Positions 1 through 12,335 are shown, counted from the first letter of the whole stretch. The stretch: DNA of 61,895 bases, filler included, from Choristocarpus tenellus KU-1152 (GCA_964200185.2; 12 parts of 12 records of this genome joined end to end with filler, not necessarily neighbours in it), one strand, 5' to 3'. Program-made: numbers and translations. The notes: generated by a model from the sequence alone, not told the origin.

Positions 1-483
1 AATCGGTACCACGGTATAACGGTATATGGCATACGGCAATAACGGTATTATAACAGACAGACAAACATGCTTTTCCACAGACGGGACAATTTTTACTATC
101 CGCTTAAAACGTCTCCAATAAAAAACTCCTCGATTTCTTCCGTTCCATAAGAACGTTAATCGAAAAAACGTACATAGTATTACACCTCCTTTACTTTACT
201 CCTACTATCACCACTGCCTACTACTGTGTCTGTGATGAGTGGTTATCAAACTAAATCATAGGATATAGAAATCCTTCTTCTAAACGATATAGATGGTAGG
301 CTTGAGTTACAAATAATCTCTTATCTTTGTGAGATCTCAAACAGTCGAGGTTCCCTCAGTTAGATCCAGCATAAGGGATGCTGTAGACTGGTAGTTGACT
401 ACGGAGAGATCTAAACAGCATTTCCGAGGGCTGGACTTCACAATATTCTACAGTACGCCACTTATCCTGGGTTGCTTCCTCAA

Positions 484-3400
484 ATGGATCCATCTCCGCC
501 AGACCCGAGAACCCCTTCGGGCCCTGTGGCTTCATCGCCGAATGCCGTGGCTGATCCAGGACTGGTGAAGTCAGAGCCATCGCCTGCGAAATCTCTTTCT
601 CCTGCCTTGAGCGTGCCCGGTGCGGTCGTTCCAAACATCCTTCCCATGATGGTAAAGGGTGGAGTAGGAGGAATATCGGGGGCTCCAATGTTCCCTATGT
701 TCCCAGGAATGTTCACCCCTGCTGCCCTTGCTGCTGCTGCTGCCGCTGCCTCCGCCGCTGTCTCCGCTGGTTCGGCCAGCGGCCCATCCACGGAGTCTAT
801 GCCTCGGAAATCCAAGGATACCCGAAAACGAAAGCGTGTGAGCGAGGTGGGAGAGGATGACATCAAGGTCGAAGTTGGTGAAGCTGTGGACGAAGCGACT
901 GGGGTAGAGGTTAAGGGGGATTCGGGCGCGGTTAGTGGAGGAGGAACAGGAGGAGGAACGGGGGGACTTGGAGGGATGTTATGGCCGGGTATGGGGAGGC
1001 TAAGGCTGGGGATAGTGACTCCAGAGCATCAGGAGGCAGGGATGACAGGTCATGAGCGGAAGGTGAGGGGAGACTTTCTTACTTTGCAATGAATGTTTTT
1101 GGAATTGTTCCGTGTACCAGGGATTATAGAGGTCTCTAGGTGGACGTCCCTGTATTCCGTGTCGGTCTTACGTCTTTACCAGGCGTAGCATGGATCAGGT
1201 GGCATGCAGAGGTAGTCGCCGATTTGCTGTTGGTAACCACCAGGAACGAAGGATAAATGCAGGTTATATTTCTTCAAGAGTTTCTATTCTTATTCAAAGC
1301 AAACACTCCTGTCTTTCCCTCACCCCCACCCACCTCCCCCAGTACCTCCTCCCTTTCTTCCAAAATACCGCTTTTTGTGTACTCTATCACTGAAAAAGGA
1401 GATAAGTTGGTTGAGCTTGTACTGTTTCAAGGGGATTACTGCTGTATCCGAGCAACAGAAGGGAGAAACAAATAAATAATAATAATAAATAAATAAGCAA
1501 TGAAAGCATCCCTTCCTTCTCCAACCTTCTTATACATTGATCGATTCTTCATCTTTCCCTTCTTGAGGTATTAATCTCTGCCTTGCAATCTTTACCTAAC
1601 CATAATCTTCCGCAGGCTTACTACAGTCTGTCTAACATTACCCTCAACTATCAGTGCATTTTTTTAGAGCTCTATTTAGTAGATATACGCATGTAAGCTG
1701 CTCTTTTCTCCCATTGAAGTGCACAGGGGAGTGAGTCCCCCTGTCCTTAGGAGCCCCCACTGTCCTTGGGGAACCCCCATCATTCTCTTTTCACTTCTTC
1801 AAACAAAGCTTTAGGTTTTTTTATTATTATTTTTCACATGGAGGTTAGGGTTAGATTATCAAGAATGAGAGTGAAGATGTGAAAGGTGGTGGATTGTTGA
1901 CAGGTTGTGGTTCCCCAGTGCACACTATACTCCTCTAAAATGTTTCTTGGACTGGTTAGTGATACTTTTCACAGACAAGTTAGGGTTAGGGTTAGGGTTA
2001 GGCTATTTTTTTTGCTTGTGAAATAGGGGGAGAAATTATGACACTGTGGCTCCTGAAGACAAGGGGGTTCCCCTATACACTGCAATGTTCCTTCCCCATG
2101 CCCAACCTTGACCAAATCTAACCAAATTTCTAGAACACTTTTTTCTGACTTCTAACCCTAGCCGTAAGTCTGAACCACTACCTGAACATTATACTAGATC
2201 CTTGGATATGCAGAGAGCATGTTTTCGTCTGAAGTACCTTCAAACTCATCCACTATTCACCCTCGCACTTCTGCACCCCTCCAATCCCACTAACCCTAAC
2301 CCTAACCCCTAGGAACGGAGAAAGATCCGTAATCGGATGAGTGCCCAGCAGCATCGGGAAAGGCAACGCCGCCATGTGGAAACCCTTGAACAGTGTCTCC
2401 GTGAAAAGGATGATCAGATACTCTCCCTCAAGAAACAAGTGAGTCTAAAGAAAAAAAAGATAAAAAGTACAAGTACGGTGGTTTGCGTCAACAAGTAACA
2501 AGACGAGATGAAGGTTATCGAGACAAGACATGTGGAACCCCCTCTTGAAGTCCCAGCGCCTTCCGTTTAGATTGTTGTACAGATTTTTTGTGGTGTGGTT
2601 TTTTGAAGTGACACAGAGGCTTTGCTGGGCGTTCAATTGGGCAGGGAAGTCTACTGGACTGTGGTACAACCCCCGATTCTGGGTCAGACCTGTCAGGAAT
2701 TTTGATAACTGCACCAGTCTGTGGGCTGGGTCGTAGAAAGAGCTGTTAGGGTTAGGGTTAGGGTACTGGCCCTCAGAAATGTTTTTTACTTGGCCCACTT
2801 GTAGAACGTAGGGTTAGGGTTAGGGTTAGGGTTAGAGACCATTTGTGAAATATCAAAACTGACCTGGTTCTGGTCTGTTCACATATTCCTGGCCCCTCAA
2901 GTTTTTGTCTTGATGGGGGGGAAGTTGGTGTGGTAATAGATTTTAGGGCGACAACGTAGCCAATGAGGTTAGCTCTATACATGAAATGAGGCTTCTCATT
3001 GGTCGAAATCTCATTCTACACAAATTGAGGCTTCTCATTTGTGGATGCTTTGTCGTTGTCGCTGAAATTGCTGGCAGAAGTACCATGAACAGAACGCCTG
3101 TGTTGATGTTGATTGAACTATTTTGATGACAGTAGCCTTCCTATTTGGCATGATCATCGTTGTAGAAACTGCTACCACTGGAACTTTTCCCCTTTTGTTT
3201 CTGGTTCTAAAAGTTCTCAAAATGACCTGATATGGTTCTAAAGGGTCTCAAGTATGTGGCAAGAAGGGATAAAAAATATATATGTTGTGTGGATTGCTAT
3301 GATGCTGTATTCTGTGTCTCACCAAGACTGAGGGTTAGGTATGTGTAGTGGGGCAAACTACAACAAATTTGGCCTATCAAGAAGCGTGTGTGAAACTGGC

Positions 3401-6375
3401 AGCCAATAGGATGCAAAGCTTCACTACCCTCTCATATTCTGGTGTAGTTTTTCTGTCAAGAGAGAGCGTTGAGGAAATAGAGATTGGTAGCAAAAAGCCT
3501 GTATTATAACAGTAATAGTAGAGTGTGGTATAGTCTTATCAGGAAACCTTGTGTCTCAATGGTCAAGGAGTTGGCCCTCCATGTTAATTTTATGGGTTCG
3601 AACCCCTTTACACCAGACTTCTTTTCACGGAAACCTGGCTTTGATAATGCTATTCCATCAGGCAAGCACAATGGATTGTAAATCACCTCTATACTGTGTA
3701 ACTATTCTATCTGTGGCTAGACAATAAGTACGCTGGACTGAGATCGAGGTGGAAAATTCGGGGTGGGTCCAGCAGGGAATTTGAGGGAGGAGAGAGGGTG
3801 ATGAGTAGGGGGAGTGCTGAACCTGATACATGAGAAGCAAGGCAGGAATGGAGACATTCCGATTTGCGGTAGTGCAGTAGTTATTCACAGTATTCACAGT
3901 ATTATAGTTGGTATGGGAAGTAGTGTAGTGTGCATTAACAAGTAACTCTTATCACCGGCTGGGATATGTCCCCAAATGAATGCGAAGTAAATTGTAGTTA
4001 CAAATGATATTCATGATCATGGTGTGGTGTCAGTGCCAATGGTTGGGTTAGTGCCGTCCCGATATGATTCTTTAGTATGAGTAGACTCTTTGAACAGTGC
4101 TGCAAAGCGACCCTGGTAAGGTTTTTTGATGCCGCTTGCGTCGGTGTAAAGGGTTAGGGTTAAACTATCCCAGAACTATCCATCCCAGAGTGTAAAAGTG
4201 CAGTGAGATGGTGCATGGTGTCCTGCTTGTGTTTGTTACCAGTGCTGCCTACTGATCTCACCGCAATACTTGTGCAAACTCATGCCAATGATCAGAGGTA
4301 TAGTGCTTTAGTTGAAGCAGTTGCTAGAAATAGTTGGGGTTAGATAGGGTAAGGAGCTTGTGAGCATTATATTGCTGCGAATGGACTCAACTTTTTGACA
4401 GTGGGTTTTGCCTGCCTTAACTAGCTCTAACCAATGGTGTTTAGGGTTAGGGTTAGGGTTGAGCCACGTACAACAAGTGATTCGAACCACAAGCAATGGG
4501 AAGAAACTTGAGTATGTGCAATGAAATCTGCCCATACTGCCACTGGTTCTTTCATGTATCAATGCCTCACCAATTATGCCTCAAACTTGCAATCGCTGCT
4601 CCTTTCACCTCTATGCTGTATGCTTGGAAGGCGTGAGTGGCCCTTGCCTCTGTTGGGGAGGCTAGTTACGCAGTGTTGATAGTATTGGAACAATAAATAT
4701 TTAGCTTGAACCACAATGCTGCACCCAAGATCCTCTTTCCATCTTGATGATTGTTCTATTTGATTAATTGAACAAATTTGTGTGCATGTCTACAATAGGT
4801 TATGCCTGCTGATGTTTTTTGGTATATGTTATGAGACAGGGATAAGCCGTGAGGAAAAATAACTTTTACATTTGCTGCAGAACTCTCATGTGCCTACCCC
4901 CCCCCCCCTCCGCCCCCCCACCCTACATTTCCTCTTCCTCCTTTTTTGAAAGGCACAAGAACTGGAGGAAAAAAATAAAAACCTCGAAGAACGGGTACAA
5001 AAGCTGGAAGCTGGGGAGTTTCCAACCTTGGAGGATGTTCTACTTGGATTGGATGATACTTGGTCTTCTGAGTCCGCTTCTCATGCACCTCCGGAGGTGC
5101 TGCGCGAGGTGGGTAAGATTGAGGAAATTGAGGCAGGCCCTGTAGTGCCATGGCTCTGCTATGGGAGCCTTGTTGTGTTTGGTTTTTGTTCTCAGAAACA
5201 ATTGTGAGTACAGTGCATGTATATGTATTTATATCTGTGTAGAACTTCGTGTGAAGGTAGCATGAAGTAGTGCATAGAGTAAACTGTTTGCTGAGTGCAT
5301 TACTTGCTGTAAAGCAAGAGTTTCTATCTGGAGGGTGAGATACTACAGGATGAACATGTGTTCTTATGCTGTAAATATTGTTTGTGAATTCTGTCCCTTA
5401 TCCCCCTGCCCCCTGCACACTCCTGCTTTTATTCACACCAGAAACAAAGTAGTTGAGCACCCCCTTAGAATGTGACAGACTGGATTCCTTCCCTGCACTT
5501 TGCCTTTCACCTTGAATGTTGTTACACAAACAGATATGCACAAATTTGTCAGGGGTTTTGGCAGGTGATAAGGATACGGAAGTAGGAATAAAGGCAAAGA
5601 CAAGGTCAAGAAATGGGACAAAAAATCATGCAGCGATGCCAATATCAAGTACTGATTTGTCAAAGACCACCTCTGACACAAGCATGGAGATCACCAGGGT
5701 CATAGAAACTGGTTTATCGGTCTGCAGTTCATTGCCATTGGAGCTGGATGTTGAAGGAGAGGTGACTAGGGCTACCACAAAAGCGCCAGCAATAGGGGTA
5801 GTTGGTGTGGAGGATTCAGATGAGGAGGTAGTAACCACAGATCATGCGCATTCCTCATCTGAGGAGGATTCTGAGGACCTGTTGAAATTGACCACGATCT
5901 ATTCATCTCCAATGGAGAGTTCGCGTGGTGTTGGGGGCAGAGGGGAGGGAGGGGTCATTACTGCTCTTCCTCTGAGTCCTTCCCATGACTTCAGCGGAGA
6001 GGAGGGCATTGAGCAGGGGGAGGGAGAAGAGGTACCTGCAGATCATACGGTGGGGCTGACAAGAAGGTATGTTGTGCCAAATGCTGTGAGAAGGATGGTT
6101 CGAAGAGATTGTGGTGGGGATGGGGTTGCTGGCAATGAAGAGTTGACAGATGGTGGAGCAGGTACTTTGACAGTTACAGAAGATGCACCAATTACTGGGT
6201 GTGTGGAGGTGTATGATAAAGGTGGTACAAGAGTGGTTGCTGTTGTTGACGGTAGTCAGATTGGGGATGACCCTAACCCTATGTCGAAGGTTGGGGGAGG
6301 GGGAGAGTTGGGGGAGGGGGAGGGGGAGAGGGAAGGGGATGTGGAGGCTGATATGCTGGCAGGACTCCTCGATGA
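484..6375 (+). CDS. bZIP transcription factor, multi-exon, 3'-truncated at the spacer (exons 484-1062, 2313-2438, 4953-5108, ~5534->6375)
   Basis: Phase-0 GT-AG junctions give ...GHERK|ERRKIRNRMSAQQHRERQRRHVETLEQCLREKDDQILSLKKQ|AQELEEKNKNLEERVQKLEAG: bZIP basic region N-x7-R followed by a leucine heptad zipper. The exon 3/4 junction has an alternative phase-1 solution. Confidence 0.85.
1712..2087. mobile_element. MITE-like element with ~45-bp imperfect TIRs (CATTG...CAATG) and internal TTAGGG tracts, in bZIP intron 1
   Basis: 1712-1764 cattgaagtgcacagggga...ctgtccttaggagcc aligns with the reverse complement of 2040-2087 (cattgcagtgtatagggga...ttgtcttcaggagcc). 8-nt flanks ttttctcc/ttccttcc match 5/8. 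Confidence 0.6.
2687..2878. repeat. Degenerate inverted-repeat element enclosing two telomeric tracts (2746-2763, 2809-2835)
   Basis: agacctgtcaggaattttgataactgcacc (from 2687) resembles the reverse complement of 2838-2878 (agaccagaaccaggtcagttttgatatttcac); 3-4 TTAGGG units occur twice between the arms. Confidence 0.45.
3548..3910 (+). mobile_element. Putative tRNA-Gly(TCC)-derived SINE
   Basis: A-box-like tgtctcaatgg, anticodon arm ttggc-cctccat-gttaa, B-box ggttcgaaccc (3595-3605); no acceptor stem; the body ends in a short repeated tail (tattcacag)x2. The 3' boundary is approximate. Confidence 0.45.
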
Positions 6376-6475
6376 NNNNNNNNNNNNNNNNNNNNNNNNN
6401 NNNNNNNNNNNNNNNNNNNTTAATTAATTAANNNNNNNNNNNNNNNNNNNNNNNNNNNNNNNNNNNNNNNNNNNN
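6376..6475. other. Artificial spacer N44-TTAATTAATTAA-N44; identical copies start at 10277, 12991, 17629, 20993, 24690, 30714, 35134, 38118, 42417 and 57598
   Basis: Eleven identical 100-nt blocks; the central palindrome puts a stop in all six frames. Confidence 0.98.
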
Positions 6476-6533
6476 AACATTGTATTTTGATCCCCAAATG
6501 GACGCGGCTCTACCCTCTAAGATACTTTGGCTC
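6476..6533. mobile_element. MITE family A, terminal fragment
   Basis: ccccaaatggacgcggctctaccctctaagatactttggctc matches the ends of the full copies at 33133 and 58469. Confidence 0.85.
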
Positions 6534-7743
6534 GTAACCCAACGTCGTAACAGGATACAGATTGGGACAGATGAGGATGTCTATGCGACCTTCAGGGAGA
6601 GATTTGAGCTCGAGGCGATACCAGGAGTGGTAACCTGTCTGTCGATATTTGTAAAATGGAGACGTTCCACATCACAAAGGCCACGCCAAGGTGTGTATGT
6701 GGGAAGAGTCCTTTTACATTTAGGGACCTATGATGCAGGATCGTGATAAGAGTCCGTGATGCTGTATCGCTGCTATCTATACGCTCCTGTACCAACACAT
6801 CCGCCACCCGCCCCAAACGCACACAGTCTCCCTTGCTCCTATCCCGCACAGCACACAGGTCGTGCATTTGCATTCACCACATGACCAGTGACCTTCAGGT
6901 TCAGTATCTCAGAGATAATTGAGTGGGAGGCAAGCAGGTGGAATAAGAATGTACTTCAGAGTAAAATTTAAATCGGAAGTGCTTCTGAAAGGAATGAAAC
7001 GTACAAGTCACTAATTACCTGTCTAACCTGTTGACAAATACTGTATGCAATGTCAGTCATGTTATATATTGACATCCATCCAACAGACCCTGTTCCTTCT
7101 TCCTTTACATCATACAAGTGACAGTGTCTCTCTAATTGTTCCCATTATCTACGATGTATGAATTGGCCTCAGGAGAAAGCAATGCAAATCTGCAACGCCT
7201 TCAAAGTCACCACCCCGGAACAGGTGGGGGGCGAAAAATGGGTACGTCAGTGCATAAGCACAATGTCAACTGATTTTGTGAACAAGTCCATGTATAGGGA
7301 GGAATATTGTCCAGTACTCTTAGCATGAGAGCAAGAAGCCCATAGGGTTGAAGTGGAAGCAAATGTCGGCTACTTGTCTGGACCCCACAACCAAAATCCC
7401 TAAAGATTCCAGAGGATGAGCATGATCACATTTATTTGTAAGCAGGTGGAGTTGGAAGTGCTAGCACTGGAGGCAGAGAGTAGTGTAGTGGTGGAATCAA
7501 GTCCACGTCCGTGTATTATCCATCTTTAGTGGGGGCAGCCCTCCCACAAATAGCACGAGAGAGCTTTCCTTCTAATGTGTGTGGGAAGTCCAGCTTGTGG
7601 TTGGTAAGATGTAGGAACACACAGTCAAGAAGTACATGGAAGAAGCAGCACATATGCAGAGGTTGATGTCTTCAAGGTTGCAGGAGGAGGACTTCCAACA
7701 ATTTATATGGACAATGAAGCTTATAACAACCCATTCAAGTCGT

Positions 7744-7885
7744 GGATCAAAGTATCTAGGGGGAGGTAGTGGTTAGTTAGGGGGCGCCCGTTCCATCCCC
7801 GACGAGTTGCTCAAAAATGATGGGAATTGCTGTCTTCAGTCGTTGACCCCCTCACAAACCACCACCCCCCCAGATACTTTGACCC
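7744..7885. mobile_element. 142-bp MITE with family B/C-type TIRs
   Basis: Termini ggatcaaagtatctaggggg ... ccccccagatactttgaccc. Confidence 0.8.
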
Positions 7886-8470
7886 ACACCGTCCTTTTTT
7901 CTGTATTTTGGAATAAAATGCCTTTAGGATCTACGCTTGGCGCTTGAGTGGGTGTAGACTATGTGTTGTGGCTCAAGGAAGTAGCCGTTGGGTTCAAAGT
8001 TTGGAGCTGGGATGGTTGCCGCCGTTTGGATTAGGTGTGGAAGAGGGGTCATCTGTTGTGAAAATCTCGACTTGTGCTGAAGATGGTGGAACGGAGTACG
8101 AGATGCTTCTGTGTCAACTTAGTTTTAGCAAGGTTTCTGTCAATTGCTCTGTGGTACGATCAACGCATAGAGGGGAGGAAAAGGATTGAGGTATGTCAGT
8201 AAGAGTGTTAGAGGATAGTGGCAGAACGCACTAATCGAGATGAATTCCAGGTTGCCATCAGATCAATAAATACATGCGTATGAGGACACATAGACACAAC
8301 TCATCAGGAAGATATTAAGGATTAATAAACGAAATGTGTAGGTCCGTTGATTTAGAGAACGTCCGACCTCTCCAGTACAACATGTCTGTCCAGGCATATG
8401 TCTGATTAGCGACGTAGAGGATGACTCAAGATCAGGAATTGGCCTAGGTTGCTCCTCAAAGTCGTGTCTC

Positions 8471-10056
8471 TCGTCAGTATGGGGGCAGAGTGGGAATTGT
8501 CCAGAACCAGGCACGTGCAGGAGCGTCTTGGTCTATACTGTATTGTTCGACAAGAAGCTGGATATTTCGCAATTCGCCATTCTCCCATTTAAACGTCGTA
8601 GGGGTAGCTGACTCACCCATCTCCAACTTTCACCGTGTAATGGGGCTGGTGGTACTTGGTCACGGTCCCTCGCATCCACTGATCGTCCCATCTGAAGTAT
8701 AGTCCTCTGCCCTTGGCACCCGCATTTGTTTCTCCCTCATCTAAATCCGACACAGCCCTCAGTGTCGGTTCAAGGCGTATAATTTTCTCCCTATCCTTCT
8801 CCATGTCAATGCGCTTCCGCTGGCGGTCAACCATTGACCGGTGGCGTTGTCTGACACGCTGGGCTGCAGTCTCCACGCTGTCCCTCTCGTTCTTCTCCCG
8901 AAGTTGGTCGACACCCTCCTCTATTTCGTCCTCTGTCATGTACGACCTCAGGTGAGGATGCAAGGATTTATTGCCATTATCAGAAGGTAGGACACTGAGT
9001 AAATGTACGCCCCTGAACCGTCCATGTGAACATTGCTGACCTTCCCCTGTACAATAGACCCCCCACTCGCGCATAGGATGAAACTGGTTCCTCGACCGAA
9101 CCTGGCCTTGGATGTGTTCCTAAGTCTGAGTTGCCTGGAGAAGCGAGCAGGTATCGCACCGAGGGATTGCCGGTTGGATTCTGTGGTGGACCTCTGGTAT
9201 GACCAGGTAGGATCGTGAATGTGTTGTCTAGGTGGTTGTGGCGGATGTCTGTGAAGTCTGGGATGATCATAGCCTGAAGGGGCACGACGCGGGGACTCGG
9301 TTGTGCGTCCTGCATCAACACAAGATGTTCGTTGCAGGGGCTGTGTTGGTGTGTTGGACTATTGGCATGTGTTTGCGGGTGATGGCCTTGTTTGGTTGTA
9401 TAGGGGTCTTGCTTGTTTTGGTTTTGAGAAATGGAGAGTTTTATGTAGGACAGAGGATACACTTGGACAGCGAAATGAAGGAATGGGATACACTTATTTG
9501 CCCCACGAAACGTGTAAAATATTGTGTGAAAGTCGACGTTCGTGGTTGTAAAGTAGGAGAAAAAAATGACACTGGTTTGGATTTCAGGGTTGGACGTTAT
9601 GGGAGGATTTTATTTGGGTATGAGGGGATATGTAACATCTGTATCTGGACAAACTTGGAATCATTCCCGTTGAGCATTGTTCTCTTAGTAACAATAAGAA
9701 TTGTTTCTCGCCTTGTCTGTCCGTGACATGTGAATAGTTGGCACTCCATCAACAAAGCTAGCACTCAGTACCTCGAAGTCTTCAGTGACAAACACGACCT
9801 TATCTCCAGCATTGAACATCCCTCCGTAGCTGGAGTGGTGCCTGGCGTTCCATTGCATCGTGTCCTTGTGGTGGACAGTGAACGGCAAGAACTCTATAAC
9901 ATTGTACTCCGATGACTGCGTCCGCACAATGCATGTGTTCCCCTCAGCGAGCTGTCTCTTCTTCCTCGACAGCTGGCTTCTCAGATACATATCGCCTGCA
10001 TTGGGCCAGGTTGCTGATGGAACAGTTCGTGCAGTAGCACGACAGTTCAGTGTATA
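8471..10056 (-). pseudogene. Decayed transposon-associated gene, possibly of the KDZ group (CxC4-like segment plus C-terminal Tudor-like segment)
   Basis: QWNARHHSSYGGMFNAGDKVVFVTEDF resembles the W...GxFNxGxK signature of CxC4 domains; GRGLYFRWDDQWMRGTVTKYHQPHYTVKVGDG is Tudor-like. Stops and frameshifts are present and no catalytic core was recognised. Confidence 0.35.
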
Positions 10057-10118
10057 TCAATGTCGGGACTCTCTGGTGGTGAGCCGACCGGTGAAGAACC
10101 TATGCATGGACTTGATGC

Positions 10119-10276
10119 CAGTCAAAGTATCTTAGAGGGCAGCACCGCGTCCATTTGGAGGTTAAAGTTCAATGTTGCGCTTTTGATGTTATTTTGGCTA
10201 TCGTATTTGTTAGGAAGTGTCAATATCCATGTTTCGGACACACCTTTTCATAACGTACACATTTTACCTACAGTAC
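10119..10276. mobile_element. MITE family A, truncated by spacer
   Basis: agtcaaagtatcttagaggg...tttgttaggaagtgtcaatatcc is shared with the copies at 25800 and 27167. Confidence 0.88.
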
Positions 10277-11303
10277 NNNNNNNNNNNNNNNNNNNNNNNN
10301 NNNNNNNNNNNNNNNNNNNNTTAATTAATTAANNNNNNNNNNNNNNNNNNNNNNNNNNNNNNNNNNNNNNNNNNNNTTTTTTTTGTTTTTTAGGGTTGGA
10401 GTGGGGGGGGGGGGGGGGGGGGGGGGGGGCATCTTGGTTTTGGTTTTTGAAAGCGTGAGGAGGTTGTCCATAGATGAAAAACATTGATATCAATTTATAG
10501 ATCTGAGCCTTCTCGATTCTATAGTGCTCTGTAGCCTCCCCCACCCGAGGAGACACAAACTTCTGATGGGCCTGCGAGATGGAAAGGTTTGTGCACACGC
10601 TATTGTGATCGATTAATGATACTTGTTGAATTGTTTGATACGTATTCTTCTTCTTTTTTCCTTTTAAAAATGTTCAATGTTTGGAATGTGGAATCAATGT
10701 GACCCTGTACAGGTGCGCGCGCTGGTGTGCTTGGTTGGTTGGTACTCCTTCAGGAGATTTAAATTGAACTATGAAGGTTTTTTTTTTTCTCCCATGTCTT
10801 AGTAGGAACATGAGTAGCTGATGCGTATTGGAAAGGAATGCTGATGTAGTTGTCGAAAAATGTGTGAGCACTCAACCGTATCAGAGATTTGTATAGAGGT
10901 GAGGTTCAGCTATCGGTAGGGGTATGACTGTGAGATAAGCTGTAGATTGGTATAGGATGGCTTGACCTTATACCATCAGTGATATGCTTCATATACCGTG
11001 ATAACTGACCTGCCAAAGTGTCTACCACCCCCACATTCAGCAATCTTGAGTTTCTCAGTGAAGTCGAAGACTTATCAGTACTCCCCTCTGATGTACCTTT
11101 TTTCCTGACACCCAATCACCAACTATGTCACGATTGACACTGTTGAGACTCCTCTCCCCCACCACCCAGTCACGATGTCCATCCCAACCCTGACCCTTAT
11201 ACCGCCATGCAACAAACACTTGAACTCCTTTCTTTCAAAACCTGTTTTGTTGTGAACTGGGCATTCACAACGCCTGCACTCCCTTTTACATGGCGCCTGG
11301 CAG

Positions 11304-12335
11304 GCATCTGCAGCGTGCCGTTCTGACACTGGAAGAAGTTTTGCCAAGAAACCATTTGGAACTGGCGGACCTGTTCCACTCCTGGGCGGTGTCATTGGGC
11401 AACGTGTTGGACAAGAAAGGGGCAATGCTGCCTAAGAGGACCAAAGAGCAGTATATGAGGTGAGATGATCCTTTCGTTTTTGTGGGGTGGTAAAACCTTC
11501 GGGGGGGTGGGGGGGTGGGTGGGTAGGTGTAGTCCATAGAGTTGGCCAAGTAACTCAACCATAAGAACTTGTTGTAGTGCTTAGTCCTTGCTTAGAGTGG
11601 TGGGTTAGTATGTACAGGAGCTTGCCTGAGTTGTATCCATTATGTTAGAGGTAAACCTATGTGTTTGGTTCTTAGTTTGCAGGCGCAGGTGCAGGTGCAG
11701 GTACAGCCAGGTCTTCTTGTTCCGTCAGCTGTACACCGCACAAAAGAGACTGGAAAAAGTTGGGGTCCAGGCTGGCTGCCAGTCTAAAACATTTTATTGC
11801 CGAGTTAACCCTCTGCTAAAACTATGTTTAGCACCTCTATTGCGAAGTGTGTTTCCTCTGTCCCACCCATCTTTTACTCTCAAGGAGGCTTGATAGTGCT
11901 GGCTGGAACAGCAACGGACTGGCCTTCGGTCAGTGACGAAACGCTAAAGGCAAGCACATTCGCTTTATGCCAGACATACAGTACCATCTACTATGTTGTA
12001 CTCATCCCCCCCCCCCCCCCCCCCGGGCGGGTGGGTAGGGGCGGCGTGTTGATCNNNNNNNNNNAAGCAAATTGTCTTTTGCCCAAAAAAACAGGGCCCT
12101 CTTTTTTGTTGTTCTCCCCCCCCCCCCCCCCCCCCTGTGGGTGTGATGATGGCGTGCTTGTTGTCAATTTTTGTGGTTATTTAGTCTTTCAAAAATCTCA
12201 CGTGATGACTTTTCCCCCCTATTGGGCAGGGATCGCCGTATTGCCCTCCGGCGTAGTGCAGAGGTGCGTACAGTGTGCCTTGGGAAGGAGCACCCTTCCA
12301 CAAAAAGGACTCTGCAGGCGCTGGGTAGCGGTTGA
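11304..12335 (+). CDS. Last two exons (11304-11459, 12230-12335) of a protein with a TPR-like helical C-terminus (SMYD/kinesin-light-chain style)
   Basis: Phase-2 GT-AG junction gives HLQRAVLTLEEVLPRNHLELADLFHSWAVSL...EQYMR|DRRIALRRSAEVRTVCLGKEHPSTKRTLQALGSG*, containing the LGxEHPxT motif. Confidence 0.65.

Noticed and set aside
1-50. Repeated ACGGTA motif at the window start
   Set aside because: Possibly transposon subterminal repeats, but cut by the window edge; too little sequence to support a call.
3548-3615. Functional tRNA-Gly gene
   Set aside because: No acceptor stem and a weak T-stem; better explained as a SINE head or pseudogene.
484-6375. Aureochrome (bZIP-LOV)
   Set aside because: The basic region differs from the aureochrome NREHAKRSR type and no LOV motif is present, although the gene is truncated.
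6420-6431. Perfect recurring palindrome TTAATTAATTAA as a regulatory or recombination site
   Set aside because: Always centred between two runs of exactly 44 N; it is an artificial stop linker. ORFs ending in XXX...LIN are artefacts.
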